Source of the DNA: Coprothermobacterota bacterium
Lineage (GTDB): Bacteria > Coprothermobacterota > HKB111
DNA: 64,000 nucleotides
Assembly: GCA_037446255.1 (NCBI GenBank)
Contig: JBBIIY010000001.1
Coordinates: 10,550 to 74,549, forward strand
Direction of reading: 5' to 3'
Shown here: positions 40,824-50,672 of the stretch, one piece after another
Layout of the letters: each line of letters starts with the position of its first letter
Numbering within the stretch: position 1 is the stretch's first letter
Made by a program: the position numbers and the translations under genes
The notes under the pieces: generated by a model
The model's database searches: none
The model's input: the letters and a program-made list of their open reading frames with translations, nothing else
What the model was told of the DNA's origin: nothing

Positions 40824-40825
40824 AG

Positions 40826-41569
40826 TTGGAAGATTGGACTGATTCATATTTTAATCAAGATTACCTCCGGACCCTTCTTAATAAAGACGATCCATTAAGA
40901 AATAATCAGCAGGTTAACTTTATTATCAGCGAAACTGAAGTTACCAGAGACAGTTTGATTCTTGACCTGGGTTGTGGATATGGAAGACACCTGGAGGTAT
41001 TTTCTCAGAATTCATATAGAATTGTAGGACTTGATTTTAAGCACCCTTACCTGTTGAAAGCCCGGGAAATAAGTAATAGCCAAGGAAGAAATGTGGATTT
41101 GATTCAGGGCGACATGAGGAAACTTCCTTTACAGGAAAATATTTTTGATTTAGTAACCTTATTTTTCACCTCTTTTGGATATTTTACAGAAGAAGATGAT
41201 GTTAAAACTCTCAGGGAAATTAACCGGGTTTTAAAAAAGGGAGGGTACTTATTCCTTGACCTGGAAAACCGCGACCATATAATCAGATACTTTAAAACTG
41301 ATGAAATTCGGGAATATCCTACCTTTACTCTATTGGAAAGACACCGTTTTGATATTCATACAGGTATTCAACATACTCGCAGAATTTACTTTCACAAGGA
41401 AGAGAAGGAAGAAGTTAAAAGAGAATTAAGACTCTATTCTTTCACCGAGTTGAAGCAGATATTGAAAAAAACAGGTTTTTTAGTGGATAAGGTATTTGGG
41501 GACTATAACAAGGCAGCATTGAATCTTGAATCAACCCGGATGTTGATACTGGCGAAAAATGTTAATTGA
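40826..41569 (+). CDS. Class I SAM-dependent methyltransferase
   Basis: ILDLGCGYGRH (motif I), a downstream acidic motif, and LKKGGYLFLDL. 247 aa. Putative TTG start. Confidence 0.75.
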   Translation: MEDWTDSYFNQDYLRTLLNKDDPLRNNQQVNFIISETEVTRDSLILDLGCGYGRHLEVFSQNSYRIVGLDFKHPYLLKAREISNSQGRNVDLIQGDMRKLPLQENIFDLVTLFFTSFGYFTEEDDVKTLREINRVLKKGGYLFLDLENRDHIIRYFKTDEIREYPTFTLLERHRFDIHTGIQHTRRIYFHKEEKEEVKRELRLYSFTELKQILKKTGFLVDKVFGDYNKAALNLESTRMLILAKNVN

Positions 41570-42902
41570 AGCAGGTTTATTAAACCAGATAGTTTCAGGT
41601 AAACTCATAGGAGATAATGATATCAGTTTTTCCCATTTTGTTTCAGATTCCAGGCAAGCGACCGAGGGGTCTTTTTTTATTGCTTTAAAAGGGGAGAATA
41701 CCGATGGGCATCTTTTTTGTGTTGATGCTCAGGAGAGGGGTGCTAAAGGAGCCTTACTAAAACAAAAAATGGGTGTTTTCCCCTTAGAAATTATTGTGGA
41801 TAACACACTCTCAGCTTTAATCAGTCTGGGCAAATGGGTTTCCAATAAAAACCCAACCTTCACTATTGGGGTAGGTGGAAGTGCAGGAAAAACCACCACT
41901 AAAGAAATGATAAGAGAAGTATTATCCTGTAAATATCAGGTAAGCGCTACACCCGGCAATATGAATACCGAGATAGGCATTCCTCTATACCTGCTCAATG
42001 AGGAAGAAAATCCACAGATTAGAGTGGTAGAGTATGGAGCTCAAAAAATAGGTGATTTGAATCTCCTGATTGATGTTATAAAACCATCAGCAACCATAAT
42101 TACTACTCTTGGACCCTCACATACAGAGTATTTTGGCTCTTTAGAAGGTGTCAAAGAAGAAGAGGGTGGGGCTTTGCTAAAATCAATTTCCGAAACTGGC
42201 TGGGTGGTATTGAATGCTGATGATAAACTGGTTATGTCGTTGAATAAAGGTTGCTACAAGAAGATATTTACTTATGGTTTTAAGGGAGAGACCTTCATAA
42301 TGAAAAAAATAAACTCCAGCCTGGAAGGAACGGAAGTAACAGCCTCTACTCCCGAAGGCGAGATTAATTATTTTATGAAAGATATAATGGGGAAGCATAT
42401 GGCGATGAACTCCTTGGGTGCTTTAACTGTTGGTTACCTTTTGGGTGTTCCTCCCTGGGAAGGATCTAAAACCTTAACCAATTTCAAGCCAATCTGGGGT
42501 AGAATGGAAAAGAAATTGTATTGCGGAGCCTTATTATTAATAGACTATTATAATTCAAATCCCCTATCTTTGCAGGCTTCTCTGGAATTATTCAGCAGTC
42601 TTGAAGGTAAAAGAAAGGTTTTAATTCTGGGAGAGATGCGGGAGTTGGGGTTACTGGCAGAACAGGAGCACAAGAAATTTGCTCCAGTTATTAAGGATTT
42701 AGCACCACGGATACTTATCACGGTTGGAGAAAACGCCAGGCTATTTCGTACCAAAGGTGTTCCGGGTAAGCATTTTAATGACTCAAAAATGGCTGGTAGA
42801 TGGTTAAAAGTGAATCTTGAACAAGATGACCTGATACTAATTAAGGGTTCTCGAGGGGTTCATATGGAAGAGATATTAAAGGTGTTAAATAATGGAATAT
42901 AA
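41559..42902 (+). CDS. murF: UDP-N-acetylmuramoyl-tripeptide--D-alanyl-D-alanine ligase
   Basis: Mur ligase with P-loop GVGGSAGKTTTKEMI and a MurF-type N-terminus. 447 aa. Confidence 0.88.
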   Translation: MLIEAGLLNQIVSGKLIGDNDISFSHFVSDSRQATEGSFFIALKGENTDGHLFCVDAQERGAKGALLKQKMGVFPLEIIVDNTLSALISLGKWVSNKNPTFTIGVGGSAGKTTTKEMIREVLSCKYQVSATPGNMNTEIGIPLYLLNEEENPQIRVVEYGAQKIGDLNLLIDVIKPSATIITTLGPSHTEYFGSLEGVKEEEGGALLKSISETGWVVLNADDKLVMSLNKGCYKKIFTYGFKGETFIMKKINSSLEGTEVTASTPEGEINYFMKDIMGKHMAMNSLGALTVGYLLGVPPWEGSKTLTNFKPIWGRMEKKLYCGALLLIDYYNSNPLSLQASLELFSSLEGKRKVLILGEMRELGLLAEQEHKKFAPVIKDLAPRILITVGENARLFRTKGVPGKHFNDSKMAGRWLKVNLEQDDLILIKGSRGVHMEEILKVLNNGI

Positions 42903-44244
42903 AGGAAAAAAGTGCCTGATTGTGGGGTTAGCAGATAGCGGTATAGGTTCTGCTAAACTTTTACTGAGTAAAGGTGCGCAGGTAACAGGAACTGATTTAA
43001 AGCTCACCATTAAAGAGTTTTTTAATGAACCACCCTTGAATCAAGTTCAGCTGGTTCTAGGGGAACATCCTTTATATTTACTGGATAATACCGAGTTGAT
43101 TATTCTAAGTCCGGGAGTTCCTCTTGGAATCCCGTTGATTGAAGAAGCTAAAAGAAAAGGTATCACCATTTGGGGAGAGCTTGAGCTAGCTTACAGAAAT
43201 ACCAAAACCCCCATTATAGCTGTAAGTGAAACGCATGGAAAGAGTACTACTGCATCACTTATTTACAAAATACTGAAGGAATCGGGTGTTCCTGTTGGTT
43301 TGGGGGGCAATATACGACCCGCTTTATCCGAAGTTATTCATAAGGTTTCATCAGATGGCTGGCTGGTAACTGAAGTCAGCTCATTTCAATTGGAATCTAT
43401 TGATACTTTTTGTCCCCGGATTGCCCTGATTCTAAATATTTTTCCAGACCATCTGGATAGGCATGGTACACTTGAAGAATTTGAAATCACTATCTCCCGT
43501 CTTTTTAAGAATATGGGTCCTTCTGATTTACTTATTGGAAATTTAAATGATGTCAGGGTACAAAATTTAACGGAAAAATCCCCTACCCTTAAAGCTTATT
43601 TTTCCCTTACAGAACATCATTTGGAAGGAGCTTTTATTAAAAATAATCATATTTATTACCGATACAATAATGAAGAATCTCTGGTGATGCCTATTAAAGA
43701 TGTGTTTTTATCGGGGATTCACAATCTGCAAAATATTTTAGCTGCAGTTTCAGCAACCTCTTTTTTAGGTGTTCAATCTCAATTAATTGCTAAATCTATT
43801 AAAGATTTTCGCGGGTTACCTCACCGCTTACAAAAAATCAGAGAATTAAGGGGCGTAGTTTATATTAATGACTCAAAAGCCACCACTCCTCACTCTACAA
43901 TTACCGCTTTAAAAGCAATACCAGGACCTAAACACCTAATTTTAGGTGGAAGCGAAAAGAATATTGATTTTTCAGAAATGGGTAAAGAGATTAATGAACA
44001 CCATATCGTACAAGTCTATCTAATAGGGAATACCAGATATAAAATTGCTGAAGCGCTTTCCCTGGCCGAGTTTAATAATTATGTTATTCTGGAAAATCTT
44101 TCAGAGGCGGTTCAATTAGCTTATGAGAAATCTAAAGAGGGCGATACTGTTTTACTCTCTCCAGCTTGCGCGTCATTTGACCAGTTTTCTAACTTTGAGG
44201 AAAGGGGAGAAATTTTTCAGGAATTAGTTAATAAACTTAGTTGA
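42892..44244 (+). CDS. murD: UDP-N-acetylmuramoylalanine--D-glutamate ligase
   Basis: N-terminal Rossmann fold KKCLIVGLADSGIGSAK and Mur ligase P-loop SETHGKSTTASLI. 450 aa. Confidence 0.88.
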   Translation: MEYKGKKCLIVGLADSGIGSAKLLLSKGAQVTGTDLKLTIKEFFNEPPLNQVQLVLGEHPLYLLDNTELIILSPGVPLGIPLIEEAKRKGITIWGELELAYRNTKTPIIAVSETHGKSTTASLIYKILKESGVPVGLGGNIRPALSEVIHKVSSDGWLVTEVSSFQLESIDTFCPRIALILNIFPDHLDRHGTLEEFEITISRLFKNMGPSDLLIGNLNDVRVQNLTEKSPTLKAYFSLTEHHLEGAFIKNNHIYYRYNNEESLVMPIKDVFLSGIHNLQNILAAVSATSFLGVQSQLIAKSIKDFRGLPHRLQKIRELRGVVYINDSKATTPHSTITALKAIPGPKHLILGGSEKNIDFSEMGKEINEHHIVQVYLIGNTRYKIAEALSLAEFNNYVILENLSEAVQLAYEKSKEGDTVLLSPACASFDQFSNFEERGEIFQELVNKLS

Positions 44245-45014
44245 GGCTTGATAATTTTTACCTTTTTGGAAGATGATTTTACTTCTAAATAACGGGTTAA
44301 AAAGCTTTCTCCATCAATATGAGCATTAATCTCGTTTTCGCTTTCCAGGGCGAATATGTCCCCTTTAATAGTAGTTGCTCCTTCCCAATCAGGAAATTGG
44401 CCTAGTAAAAATTTGAAAGCAGTCATTAAAGGATTTCCTTTGATCATGGTCAGGTAAGGACCTAAAGCGGGGTTATTAGTATAAGGCAGACCAAAGCCGG
44501 ACTTACCCCAAAGAGAAATTTCTACCGTCAACAAGTCGTGGTAGGAGTTATTATTAATTATGAAACTACAACCAGGACTGGTCCGGATAGATTTTAAAGT
44601 GCTTAAAATGTAGGAGGGAAATCCAAACTGGGAATAAGGGTTAGCATAGTGCATAACTTCTCCACCTTTACCCATGCCAGCTCCAAAAATAGCCAGCTGA
44701 TTGTTGGCTTCCATAAGCGAAGCTTCCAGTTCTATGCTGGTGAGAATGTCGTGGTCGGATAAAAGACCTATATGGAGATTATGTATTCGGGCAAAAGCAT
44801 TACCCCGTCCCAAAGGGAGAACTAAAAGTTTTGTTTTGTCTAAATCTATATTATTTACTGCATAATTAATGGTTCCATCTCCGCCTGCAGTGACCAGCAG
44901 GGGAGTGTTGGGTATCTCTTCGCCTATTTTAACCCATTTAATTTTATGCTGGTGAAGTAAATACTTCGCCATAAACTTACTTTTAGTGTGAGGGTACAAA
45001 ACTGTTAATTCCAT
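44217..45014 (-). CDS. Diacylglycerol/lipid kinase catalytic-domain protein (YegS/BmrU-like)
   Basis: LLVTAGGDGTINYAVNNI (DAGK_cat GGDG motif). 265 aa. Its 3' end overlaps murD by 28 nt, convergently. Confidence 0.7.
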   Translation of the reverse strand: MELTVLYPHTKSKFMAKYLLHQHKIKWVKIGEEIPNTPLLVTAGGDGTINYAVNNIDLDKTKLLVLPLGRGNAFARIHNLHIGLLSDHDILTSIELEASLMEANNQLAIFGAGMGKGGEVMHYANPYSQFGFPSYILSTLKSIRTSPGCSFIINNNSYHDLLTVEISLWGKSGFGLPYTNNPALGPYLTMIKGNPLMTAFKFLLGQFPDWEGATTIKGDIFALESENEINAHIDGESFLTRYLEVKSSSKKVKIIKPQLSLLTNS

Positions 45015-45107
45015 GCTATATTATAAACCGGTAGCACTATAAGTAACAGGAAAATTGTTTTTATTCATTTAAATATGCTATTCTTATTAGATTATAATGG
45101 AGGTTTT

Positions 45108-45497
45108 ATGTTTTACCTAAAAAGAATTACCTTATTTTTGCTGATATTAACTTTTTTAACCGGTCTTAATGCTTGTCGGAATGAAAATCAACATGGTAGT
45201 ATATCTATAAGCAGTATCTTGAAGAATCCCCAGAGGTATAATAATCAGAAAATTGTGGTAATCGGGGAGTTCTGGGGTTTTGAGAAAGACGAAAGAATTA
45301 AAGAACCACCGTCAAAGTTGGGAGAGTTATGGCTATTAAAAGATAAAACAGGAGCCATCTATGTTGGTGGTTATACTGGAGGATTAAATCCTTATAATGA
45401 AGTTGATTTAGGTATACCTGTGAGACTGGAAGTTTTCGTAAAAATTTCTGATAGTTATGTTTTCTTAGAAGTTCAGGATGCCGGGGTTTTAAAGTGA
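45108..45497 (+). CDS. Hypothetical lipoprotein
   Basis: MFYLKRITLFLLILTFLTGLNAC is a signal peptide with a lipobox-like LNAC. ATG at 45108 follows ggagg. About 129 aa. Confidence 0.45.
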   Translation: MFYLKRITLFLLILTFLTGLNACRNENQHGSISISSILKNPQRYNNQKIVVIGEFWGFEKDERIKEPPSKLGELWLLKDKTGAIYVGGYTGGLNPYNEVDLGIPVRLEVFVKISDSYVFLEVQDAGVLK

Positions 45498-46886
45498 TAA
45501 AGCATCAGCTACCGGCCAAACCTCTCCTATACCCATAGTAATTATCACATCATTATTTTTTACTTCGTTTAGTAAATAATCAACGGCTTCTGAAGTATTT
45601 TTCCGGTAAATACCTTTATTACTGAGTAGTTTAATTAAGTCAAGCGAATGAATTTTTCCTTCCTTTTCCCGGGGAGGAGCATAGATATCCATAACCACTA
45701 CCTTATCAGCATAGTTAAGAGATTTAGCTAAATCCTCAAGGAGAGCTTCGGTCCTGCTATAAGTATGAGGTTGGAATACTGCCCAGATGGTGCTGTTGGG
45801 GTAAAACTCCCGAACACCCTTAAGGGTGGTTTCAATTTCTCTGGGGAGTCCTGCGTAATCATCAATAATTACATAGGGAGTTCGTTTTTTTACCTCAAAG
45901 CGTCTTCTGATGCTTTGATACTCTTCAATAGAAGACTGTATAGCGCTAAGATGTACCCCTTTTTTCAGGGCTATGCCAATAGAAACCAGGGCATTTTGCA
46001 GGTATCCTATACCTGGAAGGGGAAAAGAGAATTTTCCTACATGCTTACCTTTAAATTCAACGGTAAACTGCTGAAAACCCTTGTTAACCTGTCTTTCAGG
46101 AATGGTCAAATCCCAACCTTTAGAAACCCCATAGGTGATAATCCTGTTTTTATCAAAAGACTCAACCGTTTTAAGTGAGTTAGGGTTATCTCCTAGAACA
46201 AAGATGATGCCTCCTGGTTTGACCTTCCTGGTCAGTTTATTATAAGCAGACAGATAATCGTCAAAAGATTTAAAATAATCAGGGTGGTCGTAGCTTAATG
46301 AGCCCACCACCAGTGTTTCTGGTTCATAGTTTAAAAAAGATTCACGGTATTCGTCAGCTTCCAGGATGAAAAATTCACTTTTACCAGCCCGACTATGGGC
46401 TCCCCATTTGATTACTTCTCCTCCGCAAATAGCAGTTGGGTCCAAGCCGTCTTTTTCAAAAATTAAACCTGTAAGAGCCGTAGTGGTAGTTTTTCCATGG
46501 GTACCCGAAATAGCAATACCGCAGGATTCCTGGAATAATTTACCTACAAACTGGGGGTAAGCATAAAAATTAAGATGGTTTTTAAGAGCGTGGATAACTT
46601 CTGGGTTGTCTAACAAGGGAATATGGTTCAAGTAATCGTAATAAACGACTGAGGAGACGATTAAATCTATATCTGAAGCAATATTGTCCTGGTTAAAACC
46701 TTCAAAAACCTTTACTGGTAATCTGGAAAGCAATTCATCGGTAAGATAGGTTTCAGAAGTATCTGAACCGGTTACTTCCAAACCGAGACGACAGAGAAAA
46801 TTAGCCAAGGAAACTACTCCTCTTCCCTTGATTCCTATAAGGTGAACTTTTTTAATATCTTTGAGAGTAATTGAGTCTTTAAGCAT
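45489..46886 (-). CDS. murC: Mur ligase, most likely UDP-N-acetylmuramate--L-alanine ligase (MurC), or Mpl
   Basis: N-terminal Rossmann fold IHLIGIKGRGVVSLANFL and P-loop ISGTHGKTTTTALTGLI. 465 aa. Confidence 0.65.
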   Translation of the reverse strand: MLKDSITLKDIKKVHLIGIKGRGVVSLANFLCRLGLEVTGSDTSETYLTDELLSRLPVKVFEGFNQDNIASDIDLIVSSVVYYDYLNHIPLLDNPEVIHALKNHLNFYAYPQFVGKLFQESCGIAISGTHGKTTTTALTGLIFEKDGLDPTAICGGEVIKWGAHSRAGKSEFFILEADEYRESFLNYEPETLVVGSLSYDHPDYFKSFDDYLSAYNKLTRKVKPGGIIFVLGDNPNSLKTVESFDKNRIITYGVSKGWDLTIPERQVNKGFQQFTVEFKGKHVGKFSFPLPGIGYLQNALVSIGIALKKGVHLSAIQSSIEEYQSIRRRFEVKKRTPYVIIDDYAGLPREIETTLKGVREFYPNSTIWAVFQPHTYSRTEALLEDLAKSLNYADKVVVMDIYAPPREKEGKIHSLDLIKLLSNKGIYRKNTSEAVDYLLNEVKNNDVIITMGIGEVWPVADALSL

Positions 46887-46896
46887 GCAAATTTAT

Positions 46897-46983
46897 TGGT
46901 GCCGAAGGGGGGACTCGAACCCCCATGAGGATTTTCCCACTACGCCCTGAACGTAGCGCGTCTGCCAATTCCGCCACTTCGGC
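46897..46983 (-). tRNA. tRNA-Leu (anticodon CAG), type II with long variable arm
   Basis: Reverse complement: acceptor gccgaag pairs with cttcggc. Anticodon stem ctacg/cgtag with loop ttCAGgg. Long variable arm. T-arm gggggttcgagtccccc. CCA end. Confidence 0.85.
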
Positions 46984-47092
46984 ACATTCAGTATTATAAA
47001 TTTTACAATAAAAAGTAGAAAATTTGGTGATATTGAGCCAGGAGAAAAATAATTGGGCTAACTCAATTTATTATTTATTGCTGTCTGTCTTA

Positions 47093-47101
47093 TGTTATAC
47101 T
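47093..47101 (+). promoter_or_regulatory. Possible extended -10 promoter (TGtTATACT) for the creatininase-family gene
   Basis: TGnTATACT-like element 32 nt upstream of the ATG. No convincing -35 box. Confidence 0.3.
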
Positions 47102-47132
47102 ACACCAACACAATAAAATAGAGGAGATTTGA

Positions 47133-47939
47133 ATGTCTATTAAATATTGTTACTGGGAAATGAGCTGGCCAGAAATAAAAGATAGAGTTAAAGATGAACC
47201 GGTATGCATTATTCCTGTGGGAGTACTGGAAGACCATGGACCACATTTACCATTGGATACCGATGTATTGATAGTTAATGAAATATGCAAGCAAGCAGTA
47301 GAAAACAATATTACTGATTCAATTTTACTCCCCCCGGTAGTGCATGGCTACAGCCCGCATCATATGGATTTTCCTGGGACCATAACTATCAGGTGGAATA
47401 TTTTAGTTGAATACCTGCTTGACATTAACCGTAGCCTTATAAAACATGGTTTCAAAAAAATACTTCTAGTGAATGGACACGGGAGCAATAGTTCTCTGGT
47501 AAATATGGTTTCTCGTTTAACTATTGTGGAACATCCTGAAGTATTATGCGCTGACTCTTTTTACCTAACAACCCCTGAATCCTTGAAACTTATAGAAGAA
47601 TTCAGAGAATCTGATTATCCTGGAGGAATAGCCCACGCTTGCGAGCTGGAGACCTCACTTTACCTGGCAATAAAACCAGAGTTGGTAGATATGTCAAGGG
47701 CAGTTAAGGATATATCTTATCCGGAAAGCAAAAACTTTTTCTTTGATTGGGTTGATGGCTCTGCCAGGATGATGGAATGGTGGTCAACCTTAAGTAAAAC
47801 GGGTATTATGGGTGACCCAACCAAAGCCACTGCAGAAAAAGGCAACAGATGGTTAAGGGCTGCTGTGGGAGAAATCAGCAGTTTGATTAAAGAGTTGAAG
47901 AACAGAGAAATAAGAAAAAGAGTTGACCATCATCTTTAA
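47133..47939 (+). CDS. Creatininase-family amidohydrolase
   Basis: IIPVGVLEDHGPHLPLDTD near the N-terminus plus a downstream HACELETS. This is the creatininase / ArfB / MftE-type fold. 268 aa. Confidence 0.8.
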   Translation: MSIKYCYWEMSWPEIKDRVKDEPVCIIPVGVLEDHGPHLPLDTDVLIVNEICKQAVENNITDSILLPPVVHGYSPHHMDFPGTITIRWNILVEYLLDINRSLIKHGFKKILLVNGHGSNSSLVNMVSRLTIVEHPEVLCADSFYLTTPESLKLIEEFRESDYPGGIAHACELETSLYLAIKPELVDMSRAVKDISYPESKNFFFDWVDGSARMMEWWSTLSKTGIMGDPTKATAEKGNRWLRAAVGEISSLIKELKNREIRKRVDHHL

Positions 47940-48115
47940 GAGATCGTTAATTTATCTTTCAATTCGCTCCAGTGAATAAACTCAACATTTATGAATTCTT
48001 TCTTTTCACCCATCATTGTATAACAGGTCAGGATTTTAGTCTGAGCAGCATATTCGTATTCGGCTACTTCTTTCATTAATATCTCTTCACCTTTATAAAT
48101 AGTTATTGCACACAT
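47936..48115 (-). CDS. Unannotated 59-aa ORF translationally coupled to the gamma-CA-like gene
   Basis: ATG at 48115 lies 2 nt after the gamma-CA stop. A GGAGGTGA ribosome-binding site is embedded in the last codons (TGGE) of the upstream gene. Translation: MCAITIYKGEEILMKEVAEYEYAAQTKILTCYTMMGEKKEFINVEFIHWSELKDKLTIS. Absent from the ORF track. Confidence 0.4.
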   Translation of the reverse strand: MCAITIYKGEEILMKEVAEYEYAAQTKILTCYTMMGEKKEFINVEFIHWSELKDKLTIS

Positions 48116-48117
48116 TT

Positions 48118-48639
48118 TTATTCACCTCCGGTAACCTGGGGTAACGATTTCTTGGCTAATTCTTCATATATTAGACTATGGGATTTCAGTTCTTCAACTT
48201 CTTCTTCCGAAAGAGTTCTAATAATCTTGCCAGGCACTCCTGCCACCAGGCTTCTAGGTGGTATGATGCTCCCGGTTAGTATCACGGTTTGAGCAGCGAC
48301 TATGGAATGGTCACCAATTTCTGCCCCATCAAGAATAGTAGCATTCATACCTATTAAAGAACCTGTCCCCACCTTACAAGCATGAACAATTGCTCCGTGA
48401 CCTACGGTCACATAATCTCCAACTACTACTTCTTTTTCAACGGTGGGATGGAGCACAGCCTGCTCCTGAATATTGGTACTCTTTCCTATATAAATATTAT
48501 TCAAATCCGCCCTGATTACCACACCATACCAGACAGATGCTCCCTCATCAAGAAATACACTACCGATGATTTGAGCCTCATCAGCGATATAAACCGTTCC
48601 TTTAAAAATTGGGAAGCGGTCAAAAAATGGTTTTATCAT
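48118..48639 (-). CDS. Gamma-carbonic-anhydrase-family (left-handed beta-helix, hexapeptide repeat) protein
   Basis: 173 aa. Hexapeptide repeats with ...SVWYGVVIRADLNNIYIGKSTNIQEQAVLH..., as in gamma-CA / PaaY-like proteins. Starts 3 nt after the V-ATPase D-subunit stop. Confidence 0.8.
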   Translation of the reverse strand: MIKPFFDRFPIFKGTVYIADEAQIIGSVFLDEGASVWYGVVIRADLNNIYIGKSTNIQEQAVLHPTVEKEVVVGDYVTVGHGAIVHACKVGTGSLIGMNATILDGAEIGDHSIVAAQTVILTGSIIPPRSLVAGVPGKIIRTLSEEEVEELKSHSLIYEELAKKSLPQVTGGE

Positions 48640-48642
48640 TAA

Positions 48643-49263
48643 TTAAGATTCCTTTCGGATAATTTCCTTAATCCTGGTGAGACGGGATATGTTGCTTCTA
48701 TCCATTTCATCAAGTCTGAAGGTAATGTATCGCGCTGTTTCTTCCATCTGCGGAATTAGTACATGTTCCAGGGCATTAACTCTTCGCTTGGTGCGGGCTA
48801 TTTCTTTAATCATGATTTTTATAGCAATTTCCACTTCCGCTAAGCGAACTAATTTTGCAAATAATTCTTTAATATTTTCCACCGCTTCATCTAAAGTAGA
48901 AGTAGTAAATACAAAACCATAAGATATATTGAAATTACTTAAATCCACCTCATAAGAAGGAATTTTAACACCCATTATCCTTTTTATTTCTTTTTTGAGG
49001 GTATTTATGGAAGCTGAAGTTAAAATACTTAACGGTAAAGCCTCGGGAGCCATAGAAGTTTCTGCTAAAATCATAGCTTGCATAACTTTTTTAAGACCTG
49101 CATCAACTTCTCTGCGGATGAGTATATATTCTTTACTAAGCTTTATAAACTCTTTCATCAATCCTTCCAATTTGTCTCGAAGAAGACGATGTCCTCTACG
49201 GGCTACCACCAGTCTTCGTTTAAGACGAAGCAATTCCATTCGGTTGGGGTTAATGTTTATCAA
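48643..49263 (-). CDS. atpD: V/A-type ATP synthase subunit D
   Basis: [34 protein letters not shown] is the typical V-type D N-terminus. 206 aa. Confidence 0.9.
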   Translation of the reverse strand: MININPNRMELLRLKRRLVVARRGHRLLRDKLEGLMKEFIKLSKEYILIRREVDAGLKKVMQAMILAETSMAPEALPLSILTSASINTLKKEIKRIMGVKIPSYEVDLSNFNISYGFVFTTSTLDEAVENIKELFAKLVRLAEVEIAIKIMIKEIARTKRRVNALEHVLIPQMEETARYITFRLDEMDRSNISRLTRIKEIIRKES

Positions 49264-50672
49264 GAAATATTCTCCTCATGAATATCACCCGACAGAGAAA
49301 GGTATTTATCTAAATATTTAGTTATAAACTCTTTTCTTACACGCTTTAATTCTTCCACGGGAAGTAAACTTAATATTTGCCAGCTTTTTTCCAACGTTTC
49401 TATAACAGAACGGCTTTCGTATTCTCCCTGTCTGAGAAAGCGATTTTCAAAGACATCAGCAAAACGGAGGAATTTTTTATCCACATCCAGTAAAGCTCCT
49501 TCACCGAGAATTATTGCCAATTCGCGGGCTTCTCTCCCACGAGCATAACCTGAAAAAAGCTGGTTGCTTAAGTCAGAGTGGTCTTCCCTGGTTTTTCCTG
49601 TTCCTATACCTTTGGTCATTAACCTGGAAAGTGAGGGAAGAACATCAACAGGGGGGTAAATACCTTTGCGGTGGAGAGCTCGGCTTAGAAATACCTGTCC
49701 CTCGGTAATGTAACCTGTTAAATCAGGGATGGGATGGGTTCTATCATCTTCAGGCATAGTAAGAATGGGAATCTGGGTTATAGAACCTGTTTTTCCATGA
49801 ACCCTTCCAGCTCTTTCGTAAATAGTGGAAAGGTCGGTGTACATATAGCCTGGATATCCTCTTCTGCCGGGAATTTCTTTACGGGCAGCAGATACTTCTC
49901 TTAAGGCTTCACAATAGTTAGTCATGTCAGCCAATATAACCAAAACATGATAATTGTGAGTAAAAGCTAGGTATTCTGCTAAAGTCAGGGCAACCCTGGG
50001 GATGGCAATTCTTTCAATAACCGGTTCGTTGGCCAGATTAAGAAAAACCGTAGTTCTCTCCATAGCTCCGGAAGCTTCAAAATCTTTAATCAGGAAGTTT
50101 GCTTCTTCAAAGGTGATACCCATACCTGCAAAAATAACTGCAAATGACTCTCCAGATTTTAGTACTCTTGCTTGCCGAACTATCTGGGCAGCAATGCGCA
50201 TATGGGGCATACCCGAACCAGAAAAAACAGGAAGTTTCTGACCTCTTACCAGAACATTCAAACCATCTATGGAAGAAATACCGGTTTCAATAAATTCATT
50301 GGGGTAGTCTCGGGAAAATGGATTAATAGGACTGCCATTAATGTCAACAAAATCTTCTGCCAGAGGCGGTGCTCCGCCATCACGCGGTCGTCCTAAACCA
50401 TCAAGTACCCTTCCTAACATTTCTAAAGATACGCCTAACCTCAAGCTTTTTCCGGTAAAATGAATTCTCAATGACTGAGGGTCAAGTCCCTGGGGGCTTT
50501 CAAAAAGCTGAACAACAGCCTTATCTTCCGAAACCTCCAGAACTTTTCCCAGGGTAAATCTATCCTTACTTTTTATTTCTACGAGTTCTTCATATCCTAC
50601 TCCTTCAACCCCTTCAACTACCATCAGAGGTCCAGCAATAGAAGATGCTCCCAGATATTCTTTGGTAATCAT
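49260..50672 (-). CDS. atpB: V/A-type ATP synthase subunit B (regulatory)
   Basis: 470 aa with a V-type B core and no canonical P-loop. Confidence 0.93.
   Translation of the reverse strand: MITKEYLGASSIAGPLMVVEGVEGVGYEELVEIKSKDRFTLGKVLEVSEDKAVVQLFESPQGLDPQSLRIHFTGKSLRLGVSLEMLGRVLDGLGRPRDGGAPPLAEDFVDINGSPINPFSRDYPNEFIETGISSIDGLNVLVRGQKLPVFSGSGMPHMRIAAQIVRQARVLKSGESFAVIFAGMGITFEEANFLIKDFEASGAMERTTVFLNLANEPVIERIAIPRVALTLAEYLAFTHNYHVLVILADMTNYCEALREVSAARKEIPGRRGYPGYMYTDLSTIYERAGRVHGKTGSITQIPILTMPEDDRTHPIPDLTGYITEGQVFLSRALHRKGIYPPVDVLPSLSRLMTKGIGTGKTREDHSDLSNQLFSGYARGREARELAIILGEGALLDVDKKFLRFADVFENRFLRQGEYESRSVIETLEKSWQILSLLPVEELKRVRKEFITKYLDKYLSLSGDIHEENIS

Noticed and set aside
45075-45107. ORF-track start (MLFLLDYNGGF...) for the lipoprotein
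   Set aside because: The downstream ATG at 45108 follows GGAGG and yields a canonical signal peptide (MFYLKR followed by a hydrophobic core and lipobox). The upstream 11 codons have no ribosome-binding site.
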